A model generated the notes under the pieces. That model ran no database searches. It saw only the letters and a program-made list of their open reading frames with translations, and was not told the origin of the DNA. Position numbers and translations under genes: made by a program. A stretch of DNA of 64,000 nucleotides. It comes from an uncultured Methanosarcinales archaeon. Its GTDB lineage: Archaea > Nanobdellota > Nanobdellia > Woesearchaeales > CAYVYK01. Below are positions 30,392-40,321 of the stretch, one piece after another. The DNA lies in contig CAYVYK010000009.1 in the NCBI GenBank assembly GCA_964455675.1, positions 1 to 64,000 on the forward strand, in the 5' to 3' direction. Every line of letters begins with the position of its first letter. Positions within the stretch are counted from its first letter, which is position 1.

Positions 30392-31923
30392 GAACAGATC
30401 ACTTGCCAGAAAGCCCGGGATGCTATCTTTACAAGGATGACAAGGGCGATATCATCTACATCGGGAAAGCCATCAACATCCGAAAACGCGTCAAAAGCTA
30501 TTTCTCGAAGGAACAGGACCCCAAAACGACAGCGCTTATCAGCCACGCAATGCGAGTCGATTTTGTTGTGACACGCAACGAACTTGAAGCATTTCTCCTT
30601 GAGAATAACCTCATCAAGCAGCACCAACCGAAATACAACATCGATCTCAAGGACTCAAAACGATACGCGCACCTCTCAATCACCAAAGAACCTTATCCAC
30701 GGCTCCTCATCGCCCGTGATCGACAAGGAGAACTCTTTGGCCCATTCGTCAGCGCAGAGGAGCGCGACTACGTCCGGGACATCGTCATCAGAACATTCCG
30801 CATCAGAACATGCAAAACACTTCCCAAACACGTATGCCTGCGCTATCATCTCGGGCTCTGCACAGGACCATGCGAAGGAAAGGTGACAAAAGAAGAGTAC
30901 CTGCAGCAGATGGAGGGAGCACGCAAGGTATTACACGGCAAGACGGAAGAACTCCTGCACAACCTCGAGAGGAACATGAAAGAAGCATCCAAGAGGGAGG
31001 AGTTCGAAAAAGCAATTGAAAGCCGGAACACGATACAAGCGCTTACAACCCTGGCGGAACGCCAAACGGTCGAGCGGAACAAACGATATGATGAGCATAT
31101 CATCAACTACGCAATCAAGGACGGAACGGTGTACCTTGTCGTCTTCCTCGTCAAGCGCGGAATCCTTGCGGAGAAGAGGGAATACAGCTTCGCGTTCCAT
31201 GATGATTTCCTCGAAGAATTCATCGTACAATACTACGGCGAGAGCGAACCACCAAGAGAACTGATCATTCCAGAAGCAGTAGGATCAGGAGTCGCAGAAT
31301 ACCTCTCAAAAAAAAGAGGGGGAAACGTGAGCATCACGATCCCTTCGCACGGCGACAAATACGAACTCCTCACGCTTGCACAGAAGAACCTGGAAGCGGC
31401 GTTCTTTGCCGCGGACGACAAGATGGCCGACCTCATGGCGGCACTACATCTTCCGGACATGCCACGAGATATCGAATGCTTTGACATCAGCCACCTATCG
31501 GGAACAGCAATGGTCGGAAGCATGGTGCGGTTCCATAACGGCATCACAGACAAACAAAACTACCGCAGATTCAAGATAAAAACAATCGATAAGGTCGATG
31601 ACTATGCGGCAATCGCTGAGATCGTCGGGAGAAGGTACCGAAGGCTCAAAAATGAAGGACAAAAGATGCCAGACCTAGTCATCATCGACGGAGGGAAAGG
31701 ACAGCTCCGCGCAGCGCTTGACGCCATGACGCGAATCGGCGTTAAACTACCAGTTATCTCCCTTGCGAAACGCGAAGAAGAAGTGTTCGTCCCAGGCATG
31801 AGCATGGCGCTACCCATTCCCAAAGGACGAGCATTGCGATTCCTCCAAGAAATACGAGACGAGGCGCACCGGTTTGCAATCGCATACCATCACACCTTGC
31901 GAAAAAAAGAGGTACGCAAATGA
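30388..31923 (+). CDS. uvrC: Excinuclease ABC subunit C (no C-terminal HhH)
   Basis: GIY-YIG (PGCYL...IYIGKA), IECFDISH, DGGKGQ, RDEAHRFA. Confidence 0.97.
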   Translation: MRTDHLPESPGCYLYKDDKGDIIYIGKAINIRKRVKSYFSKEQDPKTTALISHAMRVDFVVTRNELEAFLLENNLIKQHQPKYNIDLKDSKRYAHLSITKEPYPRLLIARDRQGELFGPFVSAEERDYVRDIVIRTFRIRTCKTLPKHVCLRYHLGLCTGPCEGKVTKEEYLQQMEGARKVLHGKTEELLHNLERNMKEASKREEFEKAIESRNTIQALTTLAERQTVERNKRYDEHIINYAIKDGTVYLVVFLVKRGILAEKREYSFAFHDDFLEEFIVQYYGESEPPRELIIPEAVGSGVAEYLSKKRGGNVSITIPSHGDKYELLTLAQKNLEAAFFAADDKMADLMAALHLPDMPRDIECFDISHLSGTAMVGSMVRFHNGITDKQNYRRFKIKTIDKVDDYAAIAEIVGRRYRRLKNEGQKMPDLVIIDGGKGQLRAALDAMTRIGVKLPVISLAKREEEVFVPGMSMALPIPKGRALRFLQEIRDEAHRFAIAYHHTLRKKEVRK

Positions 31924-33857
31924 AACCTGCAAAGCATGCATTCAAGATCAGAGCACCATTCTCACCGAAAGGAAGCCAGCCTGATGCTATCTCAAAGCTC
32001 GCAAAGGGCATTACAAGCATGAAATGCCAAACACTTCTTGGAGTCACAGGATCAGGAAAGACATTCACGATGGCGCACGTCATCGCGAAAGCGCAAATGC
32101 CAACACTCGTGATCGCACACAACAAAACACTCGCGGCGCAACTCTACGCTGAATTCAAAGAATTCTTCCCGGACAACCGCGTGGAATACTTCATCTCGTA
32201 CTATGACTACTACCAGCCGGAAAGCTACATCCCGCAGAGAGACATGTACATCGAAAAAGACGCACAAATCAATCCCAAAATCGAACAGCTGCGCCTCGCG
32301 GCAACCGCAAGCCTCATGACTAGGCCGGATACGATCATCGTCGCGAGCGTCTCCTGCATCTATGGTCTTGGAAATCCCGAGAACTTCCAGAATCTTGGAT
32401 TTGAGCTACGCTCTGGACAGAACATCAAACGGGAAGAAATCCTCCATAGGCTCATCAACATCCAATATGAACGGAATGACATGGAGCTTCTTCCTGGACG
32501 GTTCCGAGCGCGAGGAGGAACGATCGACATCGTCCCAGGATACTACAACAACATCATGCGAATCGAAACCGAGGATGATGTCATTTCCCGAATAGCGGAA
32601 GTTGATCGAATCACAGGAAGAACGATTGAGACGCACCCGTACTTCTTTGTATATCCCGCACGGCACTTCGTTGTACGAACAGAGGACGTTGAGCGCGCCC
32701 TTTCCACGATCCAAGAGGAGCTTACCAATCGGCTACCACAGCTCGGCGCGCTCGAAGCTCACCGGCTCAAGCAAAGGACAACATACGACATCGAGATGAT
32801 CCGGGAAACAGGCACGTGCAAGGGAATCGAAAACTACTCACGGCACTTTGACTTCCGAAAGGAAGGAGAACGCCCCTACTGCCTGCTTGACTACTTCCCT
32901 AAAGAATTCCTCCTCATCATCGACGAAAGCCACCAGACGATCCCACAACTGCACGCGATGCATCAGGGGGATTACACACGAAAGAAAACACTCGTCGATT
33001 ATGGATTCCGACTTCCAAGCGCAATGGACAACCGACCGCTCATGTACAAAGAATTCGAGAAATTCATGAAGCATGTGGTGTTTGTCAGCGCAACACCCGG
33101 AGAGTACGAGCGCAAGAAGAGCGACAGCATCGTGGAACAGATCATCAGGCCGACGGGTCTCGTCGATCCACCTGTGGACGTCCGCGGCACAACAGGACAG
33201 ATGGACGATGCCATGCGGGAGATACGAACAGCAGTAGCGCGAGGCGAACGAGCACTTCTTACGACACTCACTAAAAAACTCGCCGAAGAACTATCAGACT
33301 ACCTCGCCGAGCACGGAATAAAAACACGGTACCTCCATAGCGAAATCGAAACGCTTGAAAGAACCGAGATCATCAGGGAACTGCGCCTTGGAAAATTCGA
33401 CGTGCTTGTCGGCATCAACCTGCTCCGGGAAGGCCTCGACATCCCAGAAATCGGATTCATCGGAATCCTTGACGCTGACAAGGAAGGATTTCTCCGCGAC
33501 GCAAAAAGCCTCATCCAGATCATCGGAAGGGCGGCGCGCAACGCGAACTCAAGAGTCGTCCTCTATGCAGACACGATGACAGACTCGATGAAAACTGCAA
33601 TTCACGAAACACAGCGCAGGCGCGAACTCCAGATCGCATACAACAAAACACACAAGATCATCCCTAAAACCATCGTGAAGCCCATCAAGGAAAAAGAAGT
33701 CGACATCAAGGACACAAAGCACATACCGAAACCTGAGATACCAAATGTTATCATATCGCTTGAAGCAGAGATGCAAGCAGCGGCGGACGAACTCAATTTC
33801 GAGCGTGCGATCGCGCTGCGAGAACAGATCAAGCAGCTACGGGAAAGAATTGCTTGA
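31920..33857 (+). CDS. uvrB: Excinuclease ABC subunit B
   Basis: LGVTGSGKTFT, YYDYYQPE, DESH, GINLLREGLD, C-terminal UVR coiled coil. Confidence 0.99.
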   Translation: MKPAKHAFKIRAPFSPKGSQPDAISKLAKGITSMKCQTLLGVTGSGKTFTMAHVIAKAQMPTLVIAHNKTLAAQLYAEFKEFFPDNRVEYFISYYDYYQPESYIPQRDMYIEKDAQINPKIEQLRLAATASLMTRPDTIIVASVSCIYGLGNPENFQNLGFELRSGQNIKREEILHRLINIQYERNDMELLPGRFRARGGTIDIVPGYYNNIMRIETEDDVISRIAEVDRITGRTIETHPYFFVYPARHFVVRTEDVERALSTIQEELTNRLPQLGALEAHRLKQRTTYDIEMIRETGTCKGIENYSRHFDFRKEGERPYCLLDYFPKEFLLIIDESHQTIPQLHAMHQGDYTRKKTLVDYGFRLPSAMDNRPLMYKEFEKFMKHVVFVSATPGEYERKKSDSIVEQIIRPTGLVDPPVDVRGTTGQMDDAMREIRTAVARGERALLTTLTKKLAEELSDYLAEHGIKTRYLHSEIETLERTEIIRELRLGKFDVLVGINLLREGLDIPEIGFIGILDADKEGFLRDAKSLIQIIGRAARNANSRVVLYADTMTDSMKTAIHETQRRRELQIAYNKTHKIIPKTIVKPIKEKEVDIKDTKHIPKPEIPNVIISLEAEMQAAADELNFERAIALREQIKQLRERIA

Positions 33858-33917
33858 AATGGGTTTAATTCAACATTAAACAACAGATTTATATTTTACA
33901 AAAGCCTCGGCAGACGG

Positions 33918-34640
33918 ATGAAGGGAATCCTCTTTATGATTAGTGCACTTGTTCTGCTCCTTGCGGCATGCGAACCGACTGTAACTTCGTTTGAAGAATG
34001 CGTTGCCGCAGGAAATCCTGTCATGGAAAGCTATCCCTTGCAATGCCGAGCAAACGGCCAGACATTCGTCGAAACAGTCAAGGAAACCCCATTATTTACC
34101 CAGTGCCCACAGAACCAGCAACAAGCGTGCACCCGTGAGTATAACCCCGTCTGCGCGATCCTTGATAACGGAATACGCTGCGTGACCGCGCCGTGCGCGA
34201 GCACGAACGCAGTTACGGACGGAAATGCCTGCATGGCATGCGCGAACAACGCGCAAGGATATTATCAAGGAGCGTGCGACTCGCAAACATTCGTCGTATG
34301 CGGCGAAACAGTCACCGGATTTGACCCGAGGGAATATGCAGCGCAGAGCAACGGAATCTGCGTTGACATTTGCCCAGGAAATTTTGACCCGTACATGACA
34401 CAGATCGGAGTTGAGGTCTGCATCGAGCACTACGGCGTCCAAGAAATTTCCTCATGGCAGACGTGCGATCGGTCAACGGACACGTGCGAATGCGTCAAAG
34501 CGTACGAGACTACCACCGAAGAGCCAATACCTGACGCACAGTACCGGTGCGTACCACCGCAGTACGCCATGCGGCTGCTCTTCCGGTCCGGACAAGACAG
34601 ACTTGACGAGAACGGCGAACCTTCTGTTGCCATCGCTTAA
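33918..34640 (+). CDS. Cys-rich lipoprotein with Kazal-like module
   Basis: Lipobox LAAC; SFEECVAAGNPVMESYPLQC; ACTREYNPVC...GNACMAC. Confidence 0.8.
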   Translation: MKGILFMISALVLLLAACEPTVTSFEECVAAGNPVMESYPLQCRANGQTFVETVKETPLFTQCPQNQQQACTREYNPVCAILDNGIRCVTAPCASTNAVTDGNACMACANNAQGYYQGACDSQTFVVCGETVTGFDPREYAAQSNGICVDICPGNFDPYMTQIGVEVCIEHYGVQEISSWQTCDRSTDTCECVKAYETTTEEPIPDAQYRCVPPQYAMRLLFRSGQDRLDENGEPSVAIA

Positions 34641-34724
34641 GCGCGAGGTTTCACAAAGACGCATTTCTGTATCCAGCAGTTTTATAAAGAAGGTATTCCA
34701 GGTACATGTGCAGGGGGTAGATCC

Positions 34725-36053
34725 ATGAACCGAGGAATAACTGTCCTAATCATTCTCATTACAACGACATTCTTATCTGGATGCAGCCTTGTAGGAACAA
34801 TGGAAAAAACAGGGTGCAGACTTCTCCCTGACGGAAACACGAAAGACCACTGCTGGCAGGATGCGGCAGTACGGCTCTCGATGCCAAGCGTCTGCTACTT
34901 CATCAAAGGACACAAGTTCGGGATTGTGGACAACAGCCCGCCCATGACAAAATGCTTCCTACGCATCGCGGAAAAGGAACGCGACCCCTTCATCTGCAGC
35001 AAGATCGTTGAAGGACATCCGAACGGATACACACAATCCGACTGCTACATGGCAACGGCGCTTGCCGCGAAGAACACCGCGTACTGCGACTTCATCACAA
35101 GGAACGAGAGCCGCGGATTTGGAATACAGATAACAAGTGTGGAGGAATGCTACCGGCAAGTCGGAAACAGACCAAGGTATTGCGAGGGAGATCCAAATCC
35201 AGCCACATGCCTCTCATCCACTGCGATCACGATGCTCGACGTCACGATCTGCGAAGATGCGGGTGATACAAAAACACAGCAACTCTGCCTCATGAACGCA
35301 ATCGAAGGCATCCAGCAAAGCATGATAGCTGGAAAAACAGGGGAATGGAATGCTCAGCAGTGCAGGGGATTCAACGATCCCAACCTCAAATACACATGCT
35401 CACTCTTTGCCGCAGCGGCTGGACAAACAAACGCATGCGACAACATCCTTGAGACACAATACCACGAGCTCTGCACGCTCCTCATCGGATACAGCCAGGG
35501 ACTACCAAGCGAATACAAGGAAGAAGTCAAGCAAAAAGCGGTGGACGAATGCAACACATTCACAATTGAACCATTCAAAGCTGCGTGCCTCATCTCATTC
35601 GGCCATGAGATTGAACTTACCGCAAGCAACATCGGCGACGACGCGACACGCGACGCCATGAACAAGGACGCCGTGGAATTCTACATCAAGGGATGTGACA
35701 TGCTCGGCACTCAGGACATGCCACCCGAAGCAGGATTCATCTGTATCATGCTCCCGAGCGGCATCATGCAATCACCATACTGCACCGCGTATGATGATGA
35801 GCGAACACGCGACCTCTGCCATGAACTTGACGCGATGCAGACAGGAGACTGCTCAAAGATCAAGGATGCAGAGATCAAAGGAGACTGCAAGGAAGGAGCA
35901 CTCGCGTACTACAAAGCAATGCAGAAGAAGTGCGGCAAGCTCTCAGGCGAGCCCTATAAGGAATGCCAAGAAACATTCAAAGCAGGATTCTTCATGCAGG
36001 GCCTAGGAGTCCGCATGCCCGAGACACTGAAGAAATTCATGGACGGAAAGTAA
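34725..36053 (+). CDS. Cys-rich repeat lipoprotein
   Basis: Lipobox LSGC; repeated C..I......C units. Confidence 0.8.
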   Translation: MNRGITVLIILITTTFLSGCSLVGTMEKTGCRLLPDGNTKDHCWQDAAVRLSMPSVCYFIKGHKFGIVDNSPPMTKCFLRIAEKERDPFICSKIVEGHPNGYTQSDCYMATALAAKNTAYCDFITRNESRGFGIQITSVEECYRQVGNRPRYCEGDPNPATCLSSTAITMLDVTICEDAGDTKTQQLCLMNAIEGIQQSMIAGKTGEWNAQQCRGFNDPNLKYTCSLFAAAAGQTNACDNILETQYHELCTLLIGYSQGLPSEYKEEVKQKAVDECNTFTIEPFKAACLISFGHEIELTASNIGDDATRDAMNKDAVEFYIKGCDMLGTQDMPPEAGFICIMLPSGIMQSPYCTAYDDERTRDLCHELDAMQTGDCSKIKDAEIKGDCKEGALAYYKAMQKKCGKLSGEPYKECQETFKAGFFMQGLGVRMPETLKKFMDGK

Positions 36054-36070
36054 GGGACCGCGCTCCTTGA

Positions 36071-36328
36071 CTATTTCTTTTTCCAGAAAGATTTCCAGAC
36101 GCGCGAGCCCTGATCACCCATATTCACCGCTCCTTCCTTCACGCGCTTGAGCAACTTTCTTGCCCACAAGAATTCCGTCGCAAGAATCGCAAGACCAATC
36201 GGGATAACGACAATTGCTGGGCCAGGAAGAACGATGAGCGCAATGCCAAGCGCCAGAACAGTAAAACCGATAACAATGATGATAATGCGGCGCGCCTGCC
36301 GATACGTCGTGATATGCCAGCTGACCAT
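36071..36328 (-). CDS. PGPGW-family small membrane protein
   Basis: LIVLPGPAIVVIPIGLAILATEFLWARKL. Confidence 0.85.
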   Translation of the reverse strand: MVSWHITTYRQARRIIIIVIGFTVLALGIALIVLPGPAIVVIPIGLAILATEFLWARKLLKRVKEGAVNMGDQGSRVWKSFWKKK

Positions 36329-36382
36329 ATACATATGCGCATGACGGATGTATTTAAACGCTTTGTTTACGACAGTTTGCTG

Positions 36383-36507
36383 ACTCAACATTTTTACGGC
36401 CTGGCAATAAGCCCTGTTCGCAAAAGGATTCTGCATACCACTCACCATTTTCAATACGGCCTGACGGCAAGCCCTGTCCGCTCCTCTCAACGATCGACGG
36501 ACAGGGC
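36383..36507. repeat. Two direct repeats at 60-bp period plus a perfect 10-bp stem
   Basis: tacggcctggcaataagccctgttcgc (36395) and tacggcctgacggcaagccctgtccgc (36455); gccctgtccg/cggacagggc. Confidence 0.65.
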
Positions 36508-36712
36508 AATTACTGATTTGGCGATTAGAATTAGGTTATCTGTCATGCCGATACGCACGCACGTCCAGAAGGGGCTGGGGAACCATCAGATTATCTGTAC
36601 GGCAAGTGTACAGTATTCCCCGCTCTTAAAATCCTTTTTCATTTCATTCATACTTGTGCACTGGCCAGGCGCGCGGGCAGGCAATATAAGCAGGGCTCTC
36701 ACACCATAGAAC

Positions 36713-37165
36713 ATGGCACTCATAGGAGTATGGGGTAGTTCTGTCAACAGGAGACTCATGCTGTTTGCGGCACGGCACCGGCCATCGCTCATCATCGACT
36801 GCGCAAACGCGGCAAACCCCCACGCGCTCTTCCCGGAAGTACCGATGGAAGCGCTGCATGACATCTACGTCGTGGAGCTCGAACTCCTGTACAAATTCCG
36901 GGACGTGCTCAAGAAAGCACCGGACATTGTCGGAAGCATCGGAGCAAAATGCGTTGCGATCACAACATTCGAAGGATTGTTTCATTACCGGGATGAAGAG
37001 GAAAACTACAACATCCACGAGCACGCGTGGGAACTCATGAGGGAACTTTCACAGCACGCGCCCGTGCTTGTCGGGATTACGCCGAAACAGAAGCACTTTG
37101 CGCTGCGGTACTGCGACAAGATTATTGGCGATATTGCTCGGAAACCAGTTATGCCTATACGTTGA
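36713..37165 (+). CDS. Degenerate RadA/RecA-fold protein associated with PolB2 (ImuA-like)
   Basis: LIIDCANAANPH...IYVVELELLYKF resembles the RecA-like core; no intact Walker A; upstream of PolB2. Confidence 0.6.
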   Translation: MALIGVWGSSVNRRLMLFAARHRPSLIIDCANAANPHALFPEVPMEALHDIYVVELELLYKFRDVLKKAPDIVGSIGAKCVAITTFEGLFHYRDEEENYNIHEHAWELMRELSQHAPVLVGITPKQKHFALRYCDKIIGDIARKPVMPIR

Positions 37166-37186
37166 TGGCAGCTTTTCGAGCGTTTG

Positions 37187-37331
37187 TCCATCATCGGACT
37201 CCCACCTTGGCACTGGCAGATAAAGGATCGTTTACAGTTACATTTCCATCATAGGCCTCCACCCTTGGCGATCAGCACATTATGTCAAATTGCCTAGTTT
37301 AACCATTCCATCATTGGCTTCCCTCCATGGC
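37187..37331. repeat. Three degenerate 25-bp direct repeats with 33- and 37-bp unique spacers (CRISPR-like geometry, no cas genes)
   Basis: tccatcatcggactcccaccttggc (37187), tccatcataggcctccacccttggc (37245), tccatcattggcttccctccatggc (37307). Confidence 0.7.
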
Positions 37332-37497
37332 GGGCTACGGACTCGCTACGCGAGTCCTACTCCGCCGGCCAGAACCCCACACGTTGTATGGGAACCTGGC
37401 CAGCTCCGTCGCCGCCAGGGAGGCCTTGCTGTGGGGAGGCAGGCTAGCGTCAGGAAGGCTTTGCTGTTGATGAATTACTAATGTTGGGGAACTTACT

Positions 37498-37800
37498 ATG
37501 GGACACACGGTATGGAGCCAGCGCATCGCAACTGACGTCATCATCGCGGAGCTCAAAGCGTACGGAAAATCGCTGAGGGAGGAAGATCGTGAGATTTACG
37601 AACGGCTGCTCAAGCTGCCACTCAAACGCGTGGGAAGCATCTCGTATGCGAGCAGCATCCACGTGTGGGCATTCCTCTTGCTGTCGGCAATGCTTGAGCA
37701 GGAGAAAAGGATCATGAGAATGGAGGCGGAGATTGAAAGGCTGGCTCATGGACGCATATCGGAAGGGGAACTCGATCACTCTATGGTTGAAGACGCCTGA
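37498..37800 (+). CDS. Small helical PolB2-associated protein (arCOG07300-like)
   Basis: MGHTVWSQR...YGKSLREEDREIYERL...LLSAMLEQEK, directly upstream of PolB2. Confidence 0.75.
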   Translation: MGHTVWSQRIATDVIIAELKAYGKSLREEDREIYERLLKLPLKRVGSISYASSIHVWAFLLLSAMLEQEKRIMRMEAEIERLAHGRISEGELDHSMVEDA

Positions 37801-40321
37801 GGAAGACTTCACGATCACGAAAGAATTCCGCGCGCGCATCTATCTCGACCCCGAGGGAGAAGGGTACCTGCGCAGGCGCGGAATCCCTTACCAAAGGGTA
37901 CAACGCCAGACGTATCTTCGCACGACGCGAGACGTGCTTGAAGTGGAAGCGCCGATCGCGGGATTCGAGCACTTCGTTTCGCAGATCGAGCAAGGAACAA
38001 AGCACCGCGTAGGGCTCTTCAATGCAGACATCAAACCAGAACAGATGTACTTGTATGCTTCAGACCTGCGACCATGCGGCGCAGTTGAGGTTGAGGATGA
38101 GCACATCATTATGCTTCCCGAAGAGCATCCTGTGCAGCTTGTCACGCTTCGACTGAAGGTAATCGTGCACGGGGATCCGCGCAGAAAACAGGACAAACCC
38201 ATCACCAAGATCTTCATGAATGATGCTGTGCTCGAAGGAGAGGAACATCACGTTCTTGAGGAATTCTCGCGCAAATTCCGACAGATTGATCCTGACATTA
38301 TCGTGATGGACTATGGATACTCACGACTGCCATATCTCGCCGATCGGCTTGAGAAGCATGGCATCAGTTGCCCACTGCATCGGTGGGATGATGCGCCGAT
38401 CACGTACCGCGGCGGGAGATCGTACTGGACGTACGGACAAGTACGCTATCAGGATTATGCAGTGCGGCTGCACGGCAGATTTTTGCTGGATACGTCAACA
38501 TTTGTGGGAACAGAATGCGACGTTGATGCGGTTGCAGAACTTGCGTACATGTCAGGAACACTGTTCCAGCAAACAGCATCACGAAGCTTTGGCGCGGCGT
38601 TCCAAACAGCGCTCGTACGGGAAATGATACGCAGAGGATACCTCGTACCCTATAAGGAAAAGCCCCTTGAAAAACCCCTGAGCATGTTTGAGATGCTCAA
38701 GTGCGACCGGGCAGGACACACGATGGACCCGAAAGTAGGGTTTCATCGCGACGTCGCCGAAATCGACTTCACGAGCATGTACCCATGGCTCATCTACAAC
38801 CACAACATCAGCGCGGACAGCATCCTCTCAACGCAGGGGCCGTTCTCTGAAGTTCCGGATGTGCCAATCAGCACGACGCTCCAGTTCAAAGGACTCATCC
38901 CTGCAGTGCTGAAGCCATTCATCGAGCGACGCATGTACTACAAAGCACACCCAACGGCCGTTAACAAGCAACGCGCGCAAGGACTCAAATGGCTGCTCGT
39001 GTCATGCTATGGGTATCTACGCTTCCGGGAATTCAAACTCGGAATACCAACAAGCCATATGGCAATATGCGCGTACGCACGAGAAACAATCCTTCGCGTT
39101 GTAAAACTCGCGGAAGAGCGAGGGTACGAGGTCGTGCACGCCATCATCGACTCCGCATATATCAAGAAGAAGAATATCACAGAAGCGGAAGTAAAAGAAT
39201 TCTGCAAAGAAGTTGAAATGGTCACTGGAATACCGATGTCGTTCGAAGGTGTATTCAAGTGGGCAGTTTTCTTGCCAAGCATTGTTGACAAGGACAGGCC
39301 GCTCCCCACAAGCTACTACGGAGCATTCCGAAGTGGGGAAGTAAAAGCGCGAGGCATCGAGGTGCGGCAGCGCAGCACGCCGCTTGTTGTTAAGCACTTC
39401 CAGCAGCATGTGCTCGAAGAGATGGCAAAGTGCTCGACAAAAGAAGAGATCAAAGCACTGATCCCGGAACTTCTCAAGAAACTCCGAGAAACAATTGAAG
39501 CGATTCCACAGATGGATCACCGGCTGCTTGTCGTGAACATGCGCGTGTCAAAAACGGAATACACACATACGACACCGCAAAAGCGCATTGTGGAACGGCT
39601 CAAGCAAAATGGCATACAGGTTGTTGCTGGGCAGTTTATTCACTTCATTTATGGGCGACGAGGAGCAGTATTGCCTGAAGAATACAACGGCAAGCCGGAC
39701 ATTGCACATTACCGGAAACTCCTTGTCAGATCGCTGTTCACAATATTGCAGCCGTTCGGATACACCAGGCAGGATATCGAGGATGGAGCAGAGATCGAAC
39801 GGCAGACAACACTAGGCGATTTCCTGCTCGTCAAGCATGTGTATGTGCAGATGCGAAAGGAGTATGAGGAACGAAGCGGGCTTTCGGAACGACTGATTCG
39901 ACAGAAACTTGAATCAGAAGGATGGCACGTCTGGAGGAGCGACATGATGAACGTGTTCCGGAACGGAGTGGTGATGTACCCGAATGTACAGCGCAAGTAC
40001 GCACGACTCCTCATGGTTCTCTCGCAGACACACGCAGAGAAGATCGAGGAACTCCAGTACATCAACGCCGTGCATCACGGTCTACCAGATTTCATCTGCC
40101 ACCGCGATGGGGATGTGAAGTTCGTGGAATGCAAACTCCAGTACGAACAATTAAGCAAAGTACAGAAGGCATGCATCGACCGACTGCGAGGAATGGGATT
40201 TCTTGTGGAAGTGCATAAACTCGTGGACCACCGCACACACATCGTGACCGCTGACGTTGATGTTCGCACAAAACGGAAATATGTCTCGGAAGCGCAGCTC
40301 AAGATTGCACAGGCTGTATAA
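37733..40321 (+). CDS. polB2: Family B DNA polymerase of PolB2 type fused to a C-terminal VRR-NUC (PD-(D/E)xK) nuclease
   Basis: Motif A IDFTSMYP, motif B KWLLVSCYGY, motif C HAIIDS, KARGIEVR; C-terminal GLPDFIC...FVECK...LSKVQ...IDRLRGMGFLVEV. Confidence 0.9.
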   Translation: MKGWLMDAYRKGNSITLWLKTPEEDFTITKEFRARIYLDPEGEGYLRRRGIPYQRVQRQTYLRTTRDVLEVEAPIAGFEHFVSQIEQGTKHRVGLFNADIKPEQMYLYASDLRPCGAVEVEDEHIIMLPEEHPVQLVTLRLKVIVHGDPRRKQDKPITKIFMNDAVLEGEEHHVLEEFSRKFRQIDPDIIVMDYGYSRLPYLADRLEKHGISCPLHRWDDAPITYRGGRSYWTYGQVRYQDYAVRLHGRFLLDTSTFVGTECDVDAVAELAYMSGTLFQQTASRSFGAAFQTALVREMIRRGYLVPYKEKPLEKPLSMFEMLKCDRAGHTMDPKVGFHRDVAEIDFTSMYPWLIYNHNISADSILSTQGPFSEVPDVPISTTLQFKGLIPAVLKPFIERRMYYKAHPTAVNKQRAQGLKWLLVSCYGYLRFREFKLGIPTSHMAICAYARETILRVVKLAEERGYEVVHAIIDSAYIKKKNITEAEVKEFCKEVEMVTGIPMSFEGVFKWAVFLPSIVDKDRPLPTSYYGAFRSGEVKARGIEVRQRSTPLVVKHFQQHVLEEMAKCSTKEEIKALIPELLKKLRETIEAIPQMDHRLLVVNMRVSKTEYTHTTPQKRIVERLKQNGIQVVAGQFIHFIYGRRGAVLPEEYNGKPDIAHYRKLLVRSLFTILQPFGYTRQDIEDGAEIERQTTLGDFLLVKHVYVQMRKEYEERSGLSERLIRQKLESEGWHVWRSDMMNVFRNGVVMYPNVQRKYARLLMVLSQTHAEKIEELQYINAVHHGLPDFICHRDGDVKFVECKLQYEQLSKVQKACIDRLRGMGFLVEVHKLVDHRTHIVTADVDVRTKRKYVSEAQLKIAQAV

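Noticed and set aside
36595..36613. LexA SOS box
   Set aside because: CTGT-N11-ACAG spacing does not match CTGT-N8-ACAG, and no lexA is present
37187..37331. Bona fide CRISPR array
   Set aside because: Only three repeats with several mismatches, no cas genes and no clear leader; kept as a repeat and a finding
37733..40321. Casposon or other self-synthesising element
   Set aside because: The polymerase is PolB2-like rather than protein-primed; no cas1, integrase or terminal inverted repeats seen
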